DNA from: Polyangiales bacterium
Lineage (GTDB): Bacteria > Myxococcota_A > Polyangia > Polyangiales > CBDCBC01
NCBI GenBank assembly: GCA_965214225.1
Contig: OZ243942.1
Location: 1,416,298 to 1,480,297, forward strand
Direction of reading: 5' to 3'
DNA length: 64,000 nt
The position numbers and the translations under genes were made by a program. Shown in pieces: positions 1 through 9,367 of the stretch (within the stretch, counting starts at the first letter, position 1; each line of letters begins with the position of its first letter). Under the pieces are notes generated by a model. It was not told the DNA's origin. It saw only the letters and a program-made list of their open reading frames with translations, and ran no database searches.

Positions 1-539
1 ATCCACGAGGTAAGTTGTTGCCACCCACGCGTGGCGGCGCTGCCGACCACTCCGATGAGCACCGCCCTCGACGCATGCCGCTCGCTCCTCACGCCGGATT
101 GAAGCACCGAAGCACACGCGACGGCCTCGGGGTAAGGCAGCTGCGCGTTGTCGACGAAGGCCCGACGCAACGGCATCATGAAGACCACCCCTAAAACCCC
201 CCCACAGCATGCAGCAAGCGTCGTGACCGCAAAATCGAACGATGTCCAAGCACCTGTGAGTAGCAACGCCGGGAAGGTGAAGATGACACCGGCAGCCAAA
301 GACTCTCCAGAGGAGGCAGCGGTTTGCACAAGATTCGCTTCGCGTGCATCGGTGCTCCGAAAGAGGTAACGAAGCATCATCATCCCCACCACGGAGGCCG
401 GGATAGAAGCGGACACAGTCATACCGACGCGCAGTCCAAAGTAGACATTGGCTGCGCCCATGACGACCGATAGTGCAAGGCCAATGCCTACCGCTCGCCA
501 GGTAAACTCGGAACCACAAGCAGGTGAAAGTTGGGGCAT
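1..539 (-). CDS. OPT family oligopeptide transporter, N-terminal part (gene continues beyond the left edge)
   Basis: Absent from the track because it has no stop in the window. My translation of the minus strand from the ATG at 539-537 gives MPQLSPACGSEFTWRAVGIGLALSVVMGAANVYFGLRVGMTVSASIPASVVGMMMLRYLF...NLVQTAASSGESLAAGVIFTFPALLL, the typical N-terminal signature of OPT transporters. Confidence 0.75.
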   Translation of the reverse strand, partial: MPQLSPACGSEFTWRAVGIGLALSVVMGAANVYFGLRVGMTVSASIPASVVGMMMLRYLFRSTDAREANLVQTAASSGESLAAGVIFTFPALLLTGAWTSFDFAVTTLAACCGGVLGVVFMMPLRRAFVDNAQLPYPEAVACASVLQSGVRSERHASRAVLIGVVGSAATRGWQQLTSW

Positions 540-881
540 GACGAAGCAGCACGCTCCTCTCATTCCAGATCGTCGCTTCTATTTCTGGAAGAGCTGCGCG
601 GAAGCAGGCCAATGGTGTACAGATTGCTGAGCTCTTGCAAACCCTTTGCGGGTGCGAAATCGTTTTGAGATTCAGGCGAGCGCGATTTCTGAGGCCCCAT
701 CATCCGCTGGCTTACCGCTTCGCCGGGCCTCGTTGCGTAGATGGGCCGGGATCGCAGGAGACGCAGTCGACGAGAACTCCGGCGCCTCGGCCCTACTGCA
801 GGGGCGCTCAGCGGATGACGACCCCTCATAAATCGTCCCGAATGTACCCTCTTCTCAATCTGATCGTGCATCTGCCTCTTG

Positions 882-1694
882 CTATTCTGGAGCGTTCGGC
901 GCAACGACTGCCGAAAGGTGGCGACCGGTGCGACTGCCATCCCTTCGATAGGAGAAGAAGCGTCGCTGATCGCAATGCGTGCAGCCACCGGTGTCATCGA
1001 TCTCGAGGCTGAGCACACCTGCGGCACGAAGCTTCTGAACCACAAGTCGAGCAAGGTCGAAGTGTGCGGACTGCACAGCGGTCGTCGCCTGACCTCCCGC
1101 AGCAGTTAGCGAGTGGCTAAGCTGCGCGTGCACATCTGCGCCTACCTCAAAACAGCAAGCCCGTATATGCGGACCGATAGCGACGGAGAGATCCTCCGGC
1201 TTCGTGCCATAGGGCGTCATGGCATCGAGGGCTTCCTCAACGACACCTTGCACCAGGCCACGCCATCCGGCGTGCACCGCTGCAACACGACCGGTTTGCA
1301 CGTCAGCGATGAGCAGCGGAACGCAGTCGGCTGTGCGAACTGCCACGCACACATCGGCTTTGTCGGCTATAAGTGCATCTGCCTCTTGCAGCTCCACCTC
1401 CTGGCGGTTCATTTCGGAGGTCACTTGCAAAGCATGAGCACCATGCACCTGGCGACATGAGTAGAGCGGCACATCCCCCAATCGGACTTGGAGCCGCCTC
1501 CGATTCTCAGCCACGGCCGCGGAAACATCACCCACATGGTCAGCAAGATTAAGGGAAGCGTATGTGCCGCGGCTTACGCCACCCAAACGCCATGAAAAGA
1601 TGTGGGTGACGCCTCGACGGCGCAGCAACGGCGACTCCAACCCACACGGGCCGACTGGCACACCTCTAGCGACCTCATTAGCCACAGCAGTCAC
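882..1694 (-). CDS. pgeF: YfiH/PgeF (DUF152) laccase-domain protein / purine nucleoside phosphorylase family
   Basis: 270-aa ORF with family motifs RTADCVPLL, HAGWRG, GPHIRACCFEV and CTHCDQRRFFSYRRDG. Confidence 0.85.
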   Translation of the reverse strand: MTAVANEVARGVPVGPCGLESPLLRRRGVTHIFSWRLGGVSRGTYASLNLADHVGDVSAAVAENRRRLQVRLGDVPLYSCRQVHGAHALQVTSEMNRQEVELQEADALIADKADVCVAVRTADCVPLLIADVQTGRVAAVHAGWRGLVQGVVEEALDAMTPYGTKPEDLSVAIGPHIRACCFEVGADVHAQLSHSLTAAGGQATTAVQSAHFDLARLVVQKLRAAGVLSLEIDDTGGCTHCDQRRFFSYRRDGSRTGRHLSAVVAPNAPE

Positions 1695-1956
1695 GCTCCA
1701 CCTGAGACGCCCGACATGAGACGTCCCAAGCCGCCCTCCGCAGACGCTTCCGAAGCAGAAACATCGACCTAAGGTGAGAGATCACAAGAGGCACCGGCTG
1801 AGACCACACCGCGCGAAACAACCTGCGCGGACAACCCGGACGTACAACACGCATGGACAACACCGCGCAGTGGGTACGCCGGCAGCAAAATCTTCGGACT
1901 CAGTGCCCAGAGCGGTTCATCTAGATCGCGCTTCTGGGCTTTGACTCGAAGCGCGC

Positions 1957-2334
1957 TCAGTTAGATGGAAAGAAGTTGAGCGGGTACTCGGTGGAAACTG
2001 GTGATTTTGTTGGCTTCTCCAGCGAGAGCGACGACACTTGCTCGACCACGCACTGCTGCAGCTGCTCGTCGTTCAGCTCGCTCTCTTGAACAGAGACGTC
2101 GCTGAACTTGCCGGTGCCAGCTTCCGTTCGGATAGCCACCATCATCTCCCCTTGTAGCTTCCGGTCGCGCTCAAGTGCGCCCTTATAGCACTCTGTGATC
2201 CGGGGCTGAACACTCTCCATCTGCTTCTGCATGTCCCGACGGACCTCGTCGCCAAATCCTGACCCGGAACAACCCGACACGAGAACGCAACCAGCGACGC
2301 CCAAGCATCGACCGAGGCCTGCAGAGCGCCTCAT
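1957..2334 (-). CDS. small secreted lipoprotein (TonB-C-like CY...C domain common in Myxococcota)
   Basis: Internal Met followed by MRRSAGLGRCLGVAGCVLVSGC (signal peptide plus lipobox). The C-terminal pattern is ITECYKGAL...QQCVVEQV...YPLNFF. The start was chosen from the signal peptide; the track ORF extends to 2418. Confidence 0.5.
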   Translation of the reverse strand: MRRSAGLGRCLGVAGCVLVSGCSGSGFGDEVRRDMQKQMESVQPRITECYKGALERDRKLQGEMMVAIRTEAGTGKFSDVSVQESELNDEQLQQCVVEQVSSLSLEKPTKSPVSTEYPLNFFPSN

Positions 2335-2421
2335 CGGCCTAAGACAGCGACCTTCCGTTCCCGCGCTCTGACCAACGGAAAGCGGGAAATAACGGAACAA
2401 CATCTTTAAAAAACTCATGAG

Positions 2422-3072
2422 CTAATCCTCCTGCACGACGGTCTTCTTTGCCGACTGCTTGACGATGTTGAACTCAACCCGACGGTTCCTTTCTTGTCCG
2501 GCCGGCGTGTCGTTCGACTCTAGCGGCCGATCCGGACCGAAGCCTTCGGCCACCAGTCGCGACCCCTCAATGCCGTGGGAGGTCAGATACTCCCGCACAC
2601 TTACGGCGCGCTCCTTGGAAAGCTTCCGGTTGTAGGCGGGGGTCCCGATGTTGTCGGTGTGGCCCTCCACACGAACCTGCTCGATTTGCGGGTTGTCCTT
2701 GAGCACCTGGACAATCTCGTTTAGCAAGTCGTGCGACTCGGACTTGATTTCGGCCTTATCGAACTCGAACTGGATCTTCTCTGTGATCTTGATGCTCGAC
2801 GGAGTCAGGATGACGCGAGCCGGTGGCGCAGCCGGACGCTCTGCAGTAATAGGCATGGCGTCGAAGGGCTTCTGCTTCACTGTCACATGAGAGCACGCCG
2901 GCACCGCCAGCATCGCCAGCATCGAAACTGCACATGACGCCAGTTTCCGCTTCCCTGAAAATGCAGAAGTTGAAGGGGCACGTTCAGCCGTGCTGAGGGC
3001 GCCTGATGGTGCGTGTGCCAACGGCGCGCGTGTCGTTCGCGAATATGGGTTCATCAGACGGTGACGGTTCAT
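2422..3072 (-). CDS. OmpA-family peptidoglycan-binding lipoprotein
   Basis: C-terminal OmpA_C motif: FEFDKAEIKSESHDLLNEIVQVLKDNP...VEGHTDNIGTPAYNRKLSKERAVSVREYL...NRRVEF. The start was moved to MNRHRLMNPY...LAVPAC (lipobox). The track ORF's extra 123 aa read through the repeat at 3146-3448. Confidence 0.85.
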   Translation of the reverse strand: MNRHRLMNPYSRTTRAPLAHAPSGALSTAERAPSTSAFSGKRKLASCAVSMLAMLAVPACSHVTVKQKPFDAMPITAERPAAPPARVILTPSSIKITEKIQFEFDKAEIKSESHDLLNEIVQVLKDNPQIEQVRVEGHTDNIGTPAYNRKLSKERAVSVREYLTSHGIEGSRLVAEGFGPDRPLESNDTPAGQERNRRVEFNIVKQSAKKTVVQED

Positions 3073-3145
3073 CTGTACCTCGTACTTGTAGGTGGAGGCG
3101 GTAGCACAGATACTCGCCCAAGCCAACTCATCACATGAGCAAGGG

Positions 3146-3448
3146 AGGCCCGCGGGCATCAATCCCGAGCATTCACCCAAACTCCCCCACCCATCACGAA
3201 CGTGTTCGGTTAGCAGGGAGGACACAGTCATGGCATCCACATTGTTGTAAGTCAGTGGGATCTCTGTTTGGTGAGCCTGAGCCCCTCGGCGAAGTCGACT
3301 ACGCCACTCTCTTCCCGCATGTCGGCATGTACAACGAGCCCGCGGGAAGATGCATCGTGAGCGAACGTATTGGGGGGACCGTCCAAAGGACGGTGGGTCC
3401 CGCTGAGTGAGCGGCGATGCATCTTCCCGCGGGCCAGCCACCCTGGCC
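3146..3448. repeat. Composite dispersed repeat, copy A (module X 3159-3217, linker from 3246, module Y 3271-3448)
   Basis: Highly similar by eye to 26684-26970. The 19-nt arms 3338-3356 and 3414-3432 are perfect reverse complements. The apical hairpin is ACCGTCC-AAA-GGACGGT (3377-3393) and a second hairpin is GGGCCAG-CCACC-CTGGCCC (3430-3448). Confidence 0.85.
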
Positions 3449-3532
3449 CTCTACGCGATGTCTCTGCACTCGGGCCGGCCAAATAAATGCAACTTTCCTC
3501 GGCCTCCTGACGCCTACGGCCCGTCCGCCAAG

Positions 3533-5704
3533 TTACTTCTTTCGCTCTGGCTTCTGCAGGTTATCCGTCAGTTCCTGTGCCATCACGTACTCGTAAAATC
3601 CAACCATGCCGAGGTCGCGCACTCTCTTAAACTGCTGCTTTGCTTGATCGGCTTCGCCCTTCCCCAGGAGGTGCGCGCCGTGATAAAAGAGCGCTTCCGT
3701 CTGTTCGCCGCGACCCTTGGCGTGGCTGCGGAGAGCGGCATAATCAAGTTTTCCGATGCCAAAACCTGCGAGCTTGCTCCACCACGGCTTCATGCCGGAC
3801 GCCTCCTGCAGGAGCACCTCGACCTCATTGTTGCTTCGGTTTCCCTCACTTCGCTTGAGGATGATCTGAACCCACAAGGCGAAGTAAACTTTCCATTCAG
3901 GGTCGAGTGTCAGCTGCCGCTGGGAAGCGCGCAACAACTTGAGCGCCAAATCCTCATGTACCTTGTCCGAGGTAACCAGATGAGAAAGAGCCTGCGCGTA
4001 TCCTTCTCGCCAGTCCGGCGCAGCGTTGACCGCTTCCTCGAACAGCTTAGCGGCTTCTTCAGATTCTCCCAGCCGGTCTAGCAAGACGGCCTGCCGAAGC
4101 TGCATGGTGGCTTGGAGGCGCTTATCCTCAACCTCCGGCTGAGTCTTCCAAATTCGCACGGCGCGACGGTAGTATGCTTGAGCTTGCGATGTGTTCCCTG
4201 AGCGACGAAAGGTGTCCCCAAGACGTTCCAATATTTCAGCACGTGCGCCAGACTTCTCTGGCTCGCGCGTAGCCAGGGGCAAAGCTCGCAAGTAGAGCTT
4301 CTGCGCCTTATCGTGTCTTCCAACCCGCTCCTCAAGAAAGCCAAGCTGCATCAAAGCCTCTGCGTTCTCACGTTGCTTGAGGCTGCGCTTGAAAGCCTCA
4401 CGCGCCTTGTCGATGTTCCCAGCGTTGGCTTCAGCGCGGCCGATAATCAGGTAGAGGCTTTCGGCCCCCACCGGCGACTTCTCGTTCGGCCAGCGCTCTT
4501 TGCGCGCATGCAGGATGAACTGCGCACTCTGAGCGAGGCGCCGTGTCGAACGTGGATCCTTCTCGAAAACCCGCCGCTCCATCAGGTGTCCCAGAACGCC
4601 AAGAGCCTCGTCGTAGATGCGACGCGTCTTGGGAGCTAGATGCACGGCTTCGCGATACCATGCAACCGCACCTTCATAATCCTGGGCGACTGCTGACATG
4701 CGTGCCAGACACAGCGGGAATCGCGCGTCGCTTGGCTCGCGCTGGGTCCCGACGCGGCAAAGCGCTTCGGCTACGTCCATGTTCTGCCGCTCCAGGTAGG
4801 CCTGGACAAGAGCTGCGATGGCGTCGGCTCGGGCAGGGGGTGTGAGAGCGTCTCGTAAAACACCCGCAAGCTGACTTCGATCGCGCTCACTTTCCTGCGA
4901 CTTCTCAACCACCGCAACAGCCTTGCGTATATCTCCGACGCGGAGGTACACGCCCGCCAAGTCGTAATCTAACGAGCCAAGCTGACTCACCCGTTGCCGC
5001 AGCGCAGCCAGCATGGCGGGATTGGCGACCAGCTTCTTATTCTGACTGAGATACTGAAGGAAGAGCGCGCGACTTTGCTCCAATAGCGCCACAAGGCGGG
5101 CCAGGACGTCGGGCGCTGGAGTGAGTTGAGCATGCTCATCCCACACCTCGACCAACTCACGGTAGCCGCCAGGCGATTCGAAACGTCCTCTCCGCGCCTC
5201 CCGTCCCCACTTCGAAAGGAGCTGATACTTCTTTTTGTAGGGGACGCCCGCGTTGCCTGGCAGCACCCGGAGCACTGCAAGAGCTGCGAGTGCACGGCTC
5301 TCGTCGCCACGCTTAGAAGCCATCCGCATCAGGTTCTTGGCGATAGGCACCATTCCCGCGGGAATTTGTTTTCTCTCGTAGTCCTCCGGCCTGAGAAGCG
5401 CCGCATAGTCACTAAAGTGCGCCTCGACCTTGGAGTAACTGGCGCTCTGCAAGACGCTGCGATTTCTTCGGGCTAGGTGCGCAAACAACTGCTTACGGAG
5501 CCGCCGCTTATCGGCATCCATCTCCGGCATGCGATGGAAGAGGCGAAGAGCAGCGCTGTAGTTCGCGTCACCTACCCGGTCGGGAACAGCGAGAGTTGAG
5601 CTGCCGTGCTGCGACGCGGAAGAGCCCGCACATCCGGAATGAAGATGTAGAAGAAGATAGGCCGCGACGGGTAGAAGTCTCGACGAGAGGCGGAGTGGTT
5701 TCAT
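3533..5704 (-). CDS. TPR-repeat lipoprotein
   Basis: 723 aa. The N-terminus MKPLRLSSRLLPVAAYLLLHLHSGC is a signal peptide plus lipobox. Repeated A/L/Y-rich TPR-like helical pairs run throughout (e.g. AQAYYRRAVRIW, AVAWYREAVHLAP). Confidence 0.75.
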   Translation of the reverse strand: MKPLRLSSRLLPVAAYLLLHLHSGCAGSSASQHGSSTLAVPDRVGDANYSAALRLFHRMPEMDADKRRLRKQLFAHLARRNRSVLQSASYSKVEAHFSDYAALLRPEDYERKQIPAGMVPIAKNLMRMASKRGDESRALAALAVLRVLPGNAGVPYKKKYQLLSKWGREARRGRFESPGGYRELVEVWDEHAQLTPAPDVLARLVALLEQSRALFLQYLSQNKKLVANPAMLAALRQRVSQLGSLDYDLAGVYLRVGDIRKAVAVVEKSQESERDRSQLAGVLRDALTPPARADAIAALVQAYLERQNMDVAEALCRVGTQREPSDARFPLCLARMSAVAQDYEGAVAWYREAVHLAPKTRRIYDEALGVLGHLMERRVFEKDPRSTRRLAQSAQFILHARKERWPNEKSPVGAESLYLIIGRAEANAGNIDKAREAFKRSLKQRENAEALMQLGFLEERVGRHDKAQKLYLRALPLATREPEKSGARAEILERLGDTFRRSGNTSQAQAYYRRAVRIWKTQPEVEDKRLQATMQLRQAVLLDRLGESEEAAKLFEEAVNAAPDWREGYAQALSHLVTSDKVHEDLALKLLRASQRQLTLDPEWKVYFALWVQIILKRSEGNRSNNEVEVLLQEASGMKPWWSKLAGFGIGKLDYAALRSHAKGRGEQTEALFYHGAHLLGKGEADQAKQQFKRVRDLGMVGFYEYVMAQELTDNLQKPERKK

Positions 5705-5710
5705 TGTTTA

Positions 5711-5751
5711 TGCAGGAAAGCTCGTGGAATTTGCAGGAAAGCTTGTGGAAG
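5711..5751. repeat. Direct duplication, period about 21 bp x2 (TGCAGGAAAGCTCGTGGAAT)
   Basis: Read directly from the sequence. It lies in the 87-bp divergent gap between the TPR gene start (5704) and the CPBP gene start (5792). Confidence 0.8.
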
Positions 5752-5791
5752 AAGTGTAGCGCAGAACAGGCAGAAGGCCTAGACCTGCGCC

Positions 5792-6685
5792 ATGTCCGCA
5801 GAACCAGCCCCCCGTAGAGGTATCTGGTGGTGGCAGGCCGCGCTGCTAACCGCCTCCATCTGGGTCACATCGGCGGGAGCGGCCCTCCTGACTGCACTGT
5901 TGCGCCGTCTACGGCATGGTATAGCGCTGGAGCAGGCGTGGAAGCAACTCCAGTACGATCCGATCGCGCTCTCTTCCGTTCAGATGCTCGCGGTCGCTGT
6001 CGCATTGGGACTTGGCTTCCTCATCGCAGGCAGAACATTGGCAACTAGAGAGTCGCTGGCATTGCATCGCCCGCGTGCCAGCTCCATCGCCTGTGCCTAC
6101 CTGGTGGGGCTCTGCCTTCAGCTTGTGCTCGCTGAGGTGGCCAACCTGTCTGCACACTTTCTAGAACCCCCCTCGGTTGAACAGCAGCAGTGGCTAGAGC
6201 GCATGATGAGTCCACGCACGCTCAGCGGGGGGTTCGTTGCTCTTTGGGCATTCGTGGTGGTGCCATCGGTATCGGAAGAGCTTTTCTTCCGAGGCTTTCT
6301 GCAGCGGCAGCTGCGCCTCCGCTATGGGTTTTCTGTGGCTTTGGCACTGAGCGCAGCGTGCTTTGGCATCAGTCACGGCGTGGGCCCTGCCCTTGTCTAC
6401 GCGACCCTCGCAGGCGTCATCCTTGGAACGGTGGCGGAGCACGCGCAGTCCTCCTGGGTCAACATCTCCATGCACGCAGGCGTCAACAGCCTTCCTCTGC
6501 TTCTTCCAGAGGAGCTAATAGCTATTCCAGGCTTCAACGCGTCATCAGACGCTAGGCACCACATTCCCATGCTTTGGCTAGCCGGAGCTGGAACCTTCGC
6601 GTTGCTGTTGCTCTGGCGCCTCCATCAATTACTCAAGGACGAGCTAGAACATGCCGAGAACCTTTCCGCTCCTCGGGGCTCCTGA
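5792..6685 (+). CDS. CPBP (CAAX/Abi) family intramembrane metalloprotease
   Basis: Multi-TM protein with the motifs SEELFFRGFLQ (EExxxR) and FGISHG (FxxxH). Confidence 0.8.
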   Translation: MSAEPAPRRGIWWWQAALLTASIWVTSAGAALLTALLRRLRHGIALEQAWKQLQYDPIALSSVQMLAVAVALGLGFLIAGRTLATRESLALHRPRASSIACAYLVGLCLQLVLAEVANLSAHFLEPPSVEQQQWLERMMSPRTLSGGFVALWAFVVVPSVSEELFFRGFLQRQLRLRYGFSVALALSAACFGISHGVGPALVYATLAGVILGTVAEHAQSSWVNISMHAGVNSLPLLLPEELIAIPGFNASSDARHHIPMLWLAGAGTFALLLLWRLHQLLKDELEHAENLSAPRGS

Positions 6686-6714
6686 ACGCATGCGGCCCCT
6701 CACGGATGGTGCCG

Positions 6715-8868
6715 CTAAACCCGCTCCACATCGTACACGCCGTCGATGCGCGTGATGTCACGCATCACACTGCGCAACTTGCCAAGGTTATTGACTGAGA
6801 CTTGGAAAGTATTGATCGCTTCTCCCAACTGGGGTGTGCGGCACGTGGCGTCGCTGATATTCAATCCGTTCTGCATGAACACCGAGGAGAGTGCAGCGAG
6901 GATCCCCGGACGGTCCGCGGACGTGACTTTGAGCGAGACCGAACAATTGGTTTTCGCGTTGTCTGTCCAGCGCACCTCCACCCTGCGGTCAGGGTCAAGT
7001 TCCATCAGTCGAGGGCAATCCCGCCTATGGATCGAGACCCCCCGACCACGCGTGATCCACCCGACCAACGGGTCACCGGGAACCGGGGCGCAGCAGCGCA
7101 CATTGCGGACGACCAGGCTATCAATGCCGTCGATGCTGATGCCGGAGAAGTCGCCATTGCTGACCTTCTTTACCGCACGTTCCAGCATGCTCGGCCTCAA
7201 CGTACGCTGGGCGCCGTCGTCGTCGTTTGGACAGGCCAGCGAGCAAACCTGCACAGCGGAGACCTTGCCTGCTCCGACCGCCGCGTATAGCTCGTCCTCC
7301 GACCCCACGTGAAGCCGGTCGTACGTTTTCTTCAACTCGCCGCTTCGTAGAAGCTTTGTGAAAGACAGACTCCGTTTGCGGGTTTCCCTCTCAAGCAGAC
7401 TCTTGCCGATGCGTATGCTGCTTTGTCGCGCTTCCTGCCGCAGGTAGCTACGGATTTTACTCCGCGCCCTGCCAGTGACGACGAAGTCGAGCCAGTCTTT
7501 CGATGGGTGCTGCGCTGGTTGCGTCAGAATCTCAACGATGTCGCCATTGCGTATCTTGTGCCTTAGCGGAACGATGGACCCGTTGATTCTCGCCCCTGTG
7601 CAATGTTCGCCCACTTCCGAGTGGACGGCGTACGCAAAATCGACCGGCGTCGCGCCGCGCGGGAATACCTTCACGTCGCCGCGCGGCGTAAAAACGAACA
7701 CCTCGTCAAGAAACAGATCGAACTTGACGTTTTCGATGAACTCAGCAGGGTCATCCACGTCCCGCTGCACTTCCATCAGCTGCCTTAGCCAAGCGAACGT
7801 CGCCGCATCACGCGTCTGCGTGGAGCTGCCATTTTCTTTATATTGCCAGTGTGCGGCGATACCGTACTCCGCAGTCTGATGCATTTGTCTTGTGCGGATC
7901 TGGATCTCGATTGTGCGGTGTTCCGGACCCACCACCGTGGTGTGTAGAGACTGGTAACCGTTCGGCTTTGCTAGCGCGATGTAATCCTTGAAGCGGCCCG
8001 GAATCGGCGTCCACTGCGAGTGGACCACGCCCAGGGCGGCGTAGCAGTCGGCCACGTTCTCGGTGATCACCCGAAAGGCGACGAAGTCATGCACCTGCTC
8101 GAACTCGCAGCCCGCTTGCCGCATCTTACGATAAATTGAGTAGAGGTGCTTCTGGCGTCCGCTAACGTCCACGGCAAAGCCTCGCTCGATCAACATCTCC
8201 CGCAACCGCTTGGTCACCGACTTGACGTAGTGGGAACGGTCCGATGCTACCCGCTTGGTGCTACTTATCAGGTTGGAGTAGATCTTCGGATGCAGATACT
8301 TCAGGCAGAGATCCTCTAGCTCAGCTTTCATCCAATCGATGCCGAGTCTGCCAGCAAGCGGCGCGTATATCTCGAGGGTTTCCCGTGCAATACGTTCCTG
8401 CGACTCTGGAGACATGTGTTCCAGCGTGCGCATGTTATCGAGCCGGTCGGCTAGCTTGACCAAGATGACCCGGATGTCGCTTGCCATGGCTAGCAACATC
8501 TTTCGGAAGCTTTCCGCCTGTCGGTCCTCCTTGCAAAAGAAGTTGAGCTTTCCGAGCTTTGTCACTCCCTCGACAAGGAACCCCACCTCTTTGCCGAAAA
8601 GGCGATCGACCTCCTCACGACTCACTTCGGTGTCTTCCACGACGTCGTGCAAAAGAGCCGCGCAGATGCTTGCAGTGTCAAGACGCATGCCCGCAATGAT
8701 CATGGCGACGTGCGTTGGGTGAATGAAGTAGGGGTCGCCGGACTTGCGAGCCTGCCCTTCATGATGCTCCGATGAGAAGTCGTAGGCCCGTGTGATCAGA
8801 TCGGTGCTCACGGCGGGGTTGTAACCTCGAACCTTTTCCAAAAGCTCGCCTCGAGGAACGACTCTCAT
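6715..8868 (-). CDS. relA: bifunctional (p)ppGpp synthetase/hydrolase RelA/SpoT
   Basis: 717 aa. The HD domain has GDPYFIHPTHVA...LLHDVVEDT and the synthetase domain has GYQSLHTTV...IEIQIRTRQMH. TGS (VFTPRGDVKVFPRGATPVDFAYAVH) and a C-terminal ACT-like region follow. Confidence 0.95.
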   Translation of the reverse strand: MRVVPRGELLEKVRGYNPAVSTDLITRAYDFSSEHHEGQARKSGDPYFIHPTHVAMIIAGMRLDTASICAALLHDVVEDTEVSREEVDRLFGKEVGFLVEGVTKLGKLNFFCKEDRQAESFRKMLLAMASDIRVILVKLADRLDNMRTLEHMSPESQERIARETLEIYAPLAGRLGIDWMKAELEDLCLKYLHPKIYSNLISSTKRVASDRSHYVKSVTKRLREMLIERGFAVDVSGRQKHLYSIYRKMRQAGCEFEQVHDFVAFRVITENVADCYAALGVVHSQWTPIPGRFKDYIALAKPNGYQSLHTTVVGPEHRTIEIQIRTRQMHQTAEYGIAAHWQYKENGSSTQTRDAATFAWLRQLMEVQRDVDDPAEFIENVKFDLFLDEVFVFTPRGDVKVFPRGATPVDFAYAVHSEVGEHCTGARINGSIVPLRHKIRNGDIVEILTQPAQHPSKDWLDFVVTGRARSKIRSYLRQEARQSSIRIGKSLLERETRKRSLSFTKLLRSGELKKTYDRLHVGSEDELYAAVGAGKVSAVQVCSLACPNDDDGAQRTLRPSMLERAVKKVSNGDFSGISIDGIDSLVVRNVRCCAPVPGDPLVGWITRGRGVSIHRRDCPRLMELDPDRRVEVRWTDNAKTNCSVSLKVTSADRPGILAALSSVFMQNGLNISDATCRTPQLGEAINTFQVSVNNLGKLRSVMRDITRIDGVYDVERV

Positions 8869-9170
8869 CTAGATCCTACTCGGCACCCTCAGCTCTAGGA
8901 AGGGAGCGTAGGCGTGGAGCTTCAAAACTGCGTCGCCACAGCAAGAGTCGGAAGAGGCCGAAAGCTCCAGCGTCGCCCCGAGCCGCTCTCGAAGTGCTGC
9001 ATGCGCTCCATACCGAGAGCCTTGCTGGAGCATCATCCTCCGGTGCGCATCCGGCTTCTGCCAAGACAGAGCGACGGGATGTGACCGTCTCACAACGGGT
9101 TTGGGACGCGTCTGTGGCTTCACGGTAACAACTTAATACGTATCCGGTCAGTCCCTGGTGAGTCGGTTTT

Positions 9171-9316
9171 CGAGGAGGTTGTGCATTCGAGCGCGCCCGC
9201 AGAACCCCACCGGAGCGCACTTAGGTGCGTGAGGATGGGGTTTGAGGACGTAAGCCGAATGCACAACCTCCTCGGGAAGCGTGCATTCCTGGTCGGAAAA
9301 CCACCGACCGGTCACC
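9171..9316. repeat. Second repeat family, copy Z1, with a 19-bp perfect inverted repeat
   Basis: The arms CGAGGAGGTTGTGCATTCG (9171-9189) and CGAATGCACAACCTCCTCG (9256-9274) are exact reverse complements. By my hand count, 9213-9316 aligns without gaps to 21873-21976 with 79 of 104 positions identical. Confidence 0.8.
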
Positions 9317-9367
9317 TTAATACTGGTGGATCGGGAGGTAATCTGCAAGTTAATCTGCCACTACGAG

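Noticed and set aside
560-1054. Numerous long antisense or off-frame track ORFs (e.g. 560..1054, 635..1012, 6746..7312, 14005..14604, 14025..14666, 30589..31155, 37111..37518, 48438..49127, 59546..60097, 61279..61743).
   Set aside because: They overlap CDSs with strong family motifs on the other strand or frame, or lie in short gaps. They have Arg/Ser/Pro/Ala-rich shadow-frame composition typical of GC-rich DNA and no recognisable motifs.
3135-3410. Track ORFs across the X/Y repeats (3135..3410, 3252..3482, 26550..26738, 26656..26895, 26778..27050, 26824..27069) as a small-protein gene family.
   Set aside because: Every frame on both strands gives similar peptides simply because the DNA is repeated. 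A 1-nt indel shifts module X relative to Y between loci, no start codon is conserved, and my hand count is 3 synonymous against 9 non-synonymous differences. Not excluded absolutely, because the Y indels are multiples of 3, but coding is not supported.
3338-3432. Retron msr/msd-like ncRNA (inverted repeats flanking a structured region; myxobacteria are rich in retrons).
   Set aside because: No reverse transcriptase ORF lies adjacent to any of the three loci, and the element is multi-copy in one orientation. I cannot support a retron call.
8869-9123. 84-aa ORF ending exactly at the relA start codon (TAGATG), considered as rpoZ or a regulatory upstream ORF.
   Set aside because: The sequence has no resemblance to the omega subunit (no MARVTVEDC-type N-terminus). 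It is Arg/Ser/Ala-rich like a GC-rich shadow frame, and I can see no RBS. Left unannotated.
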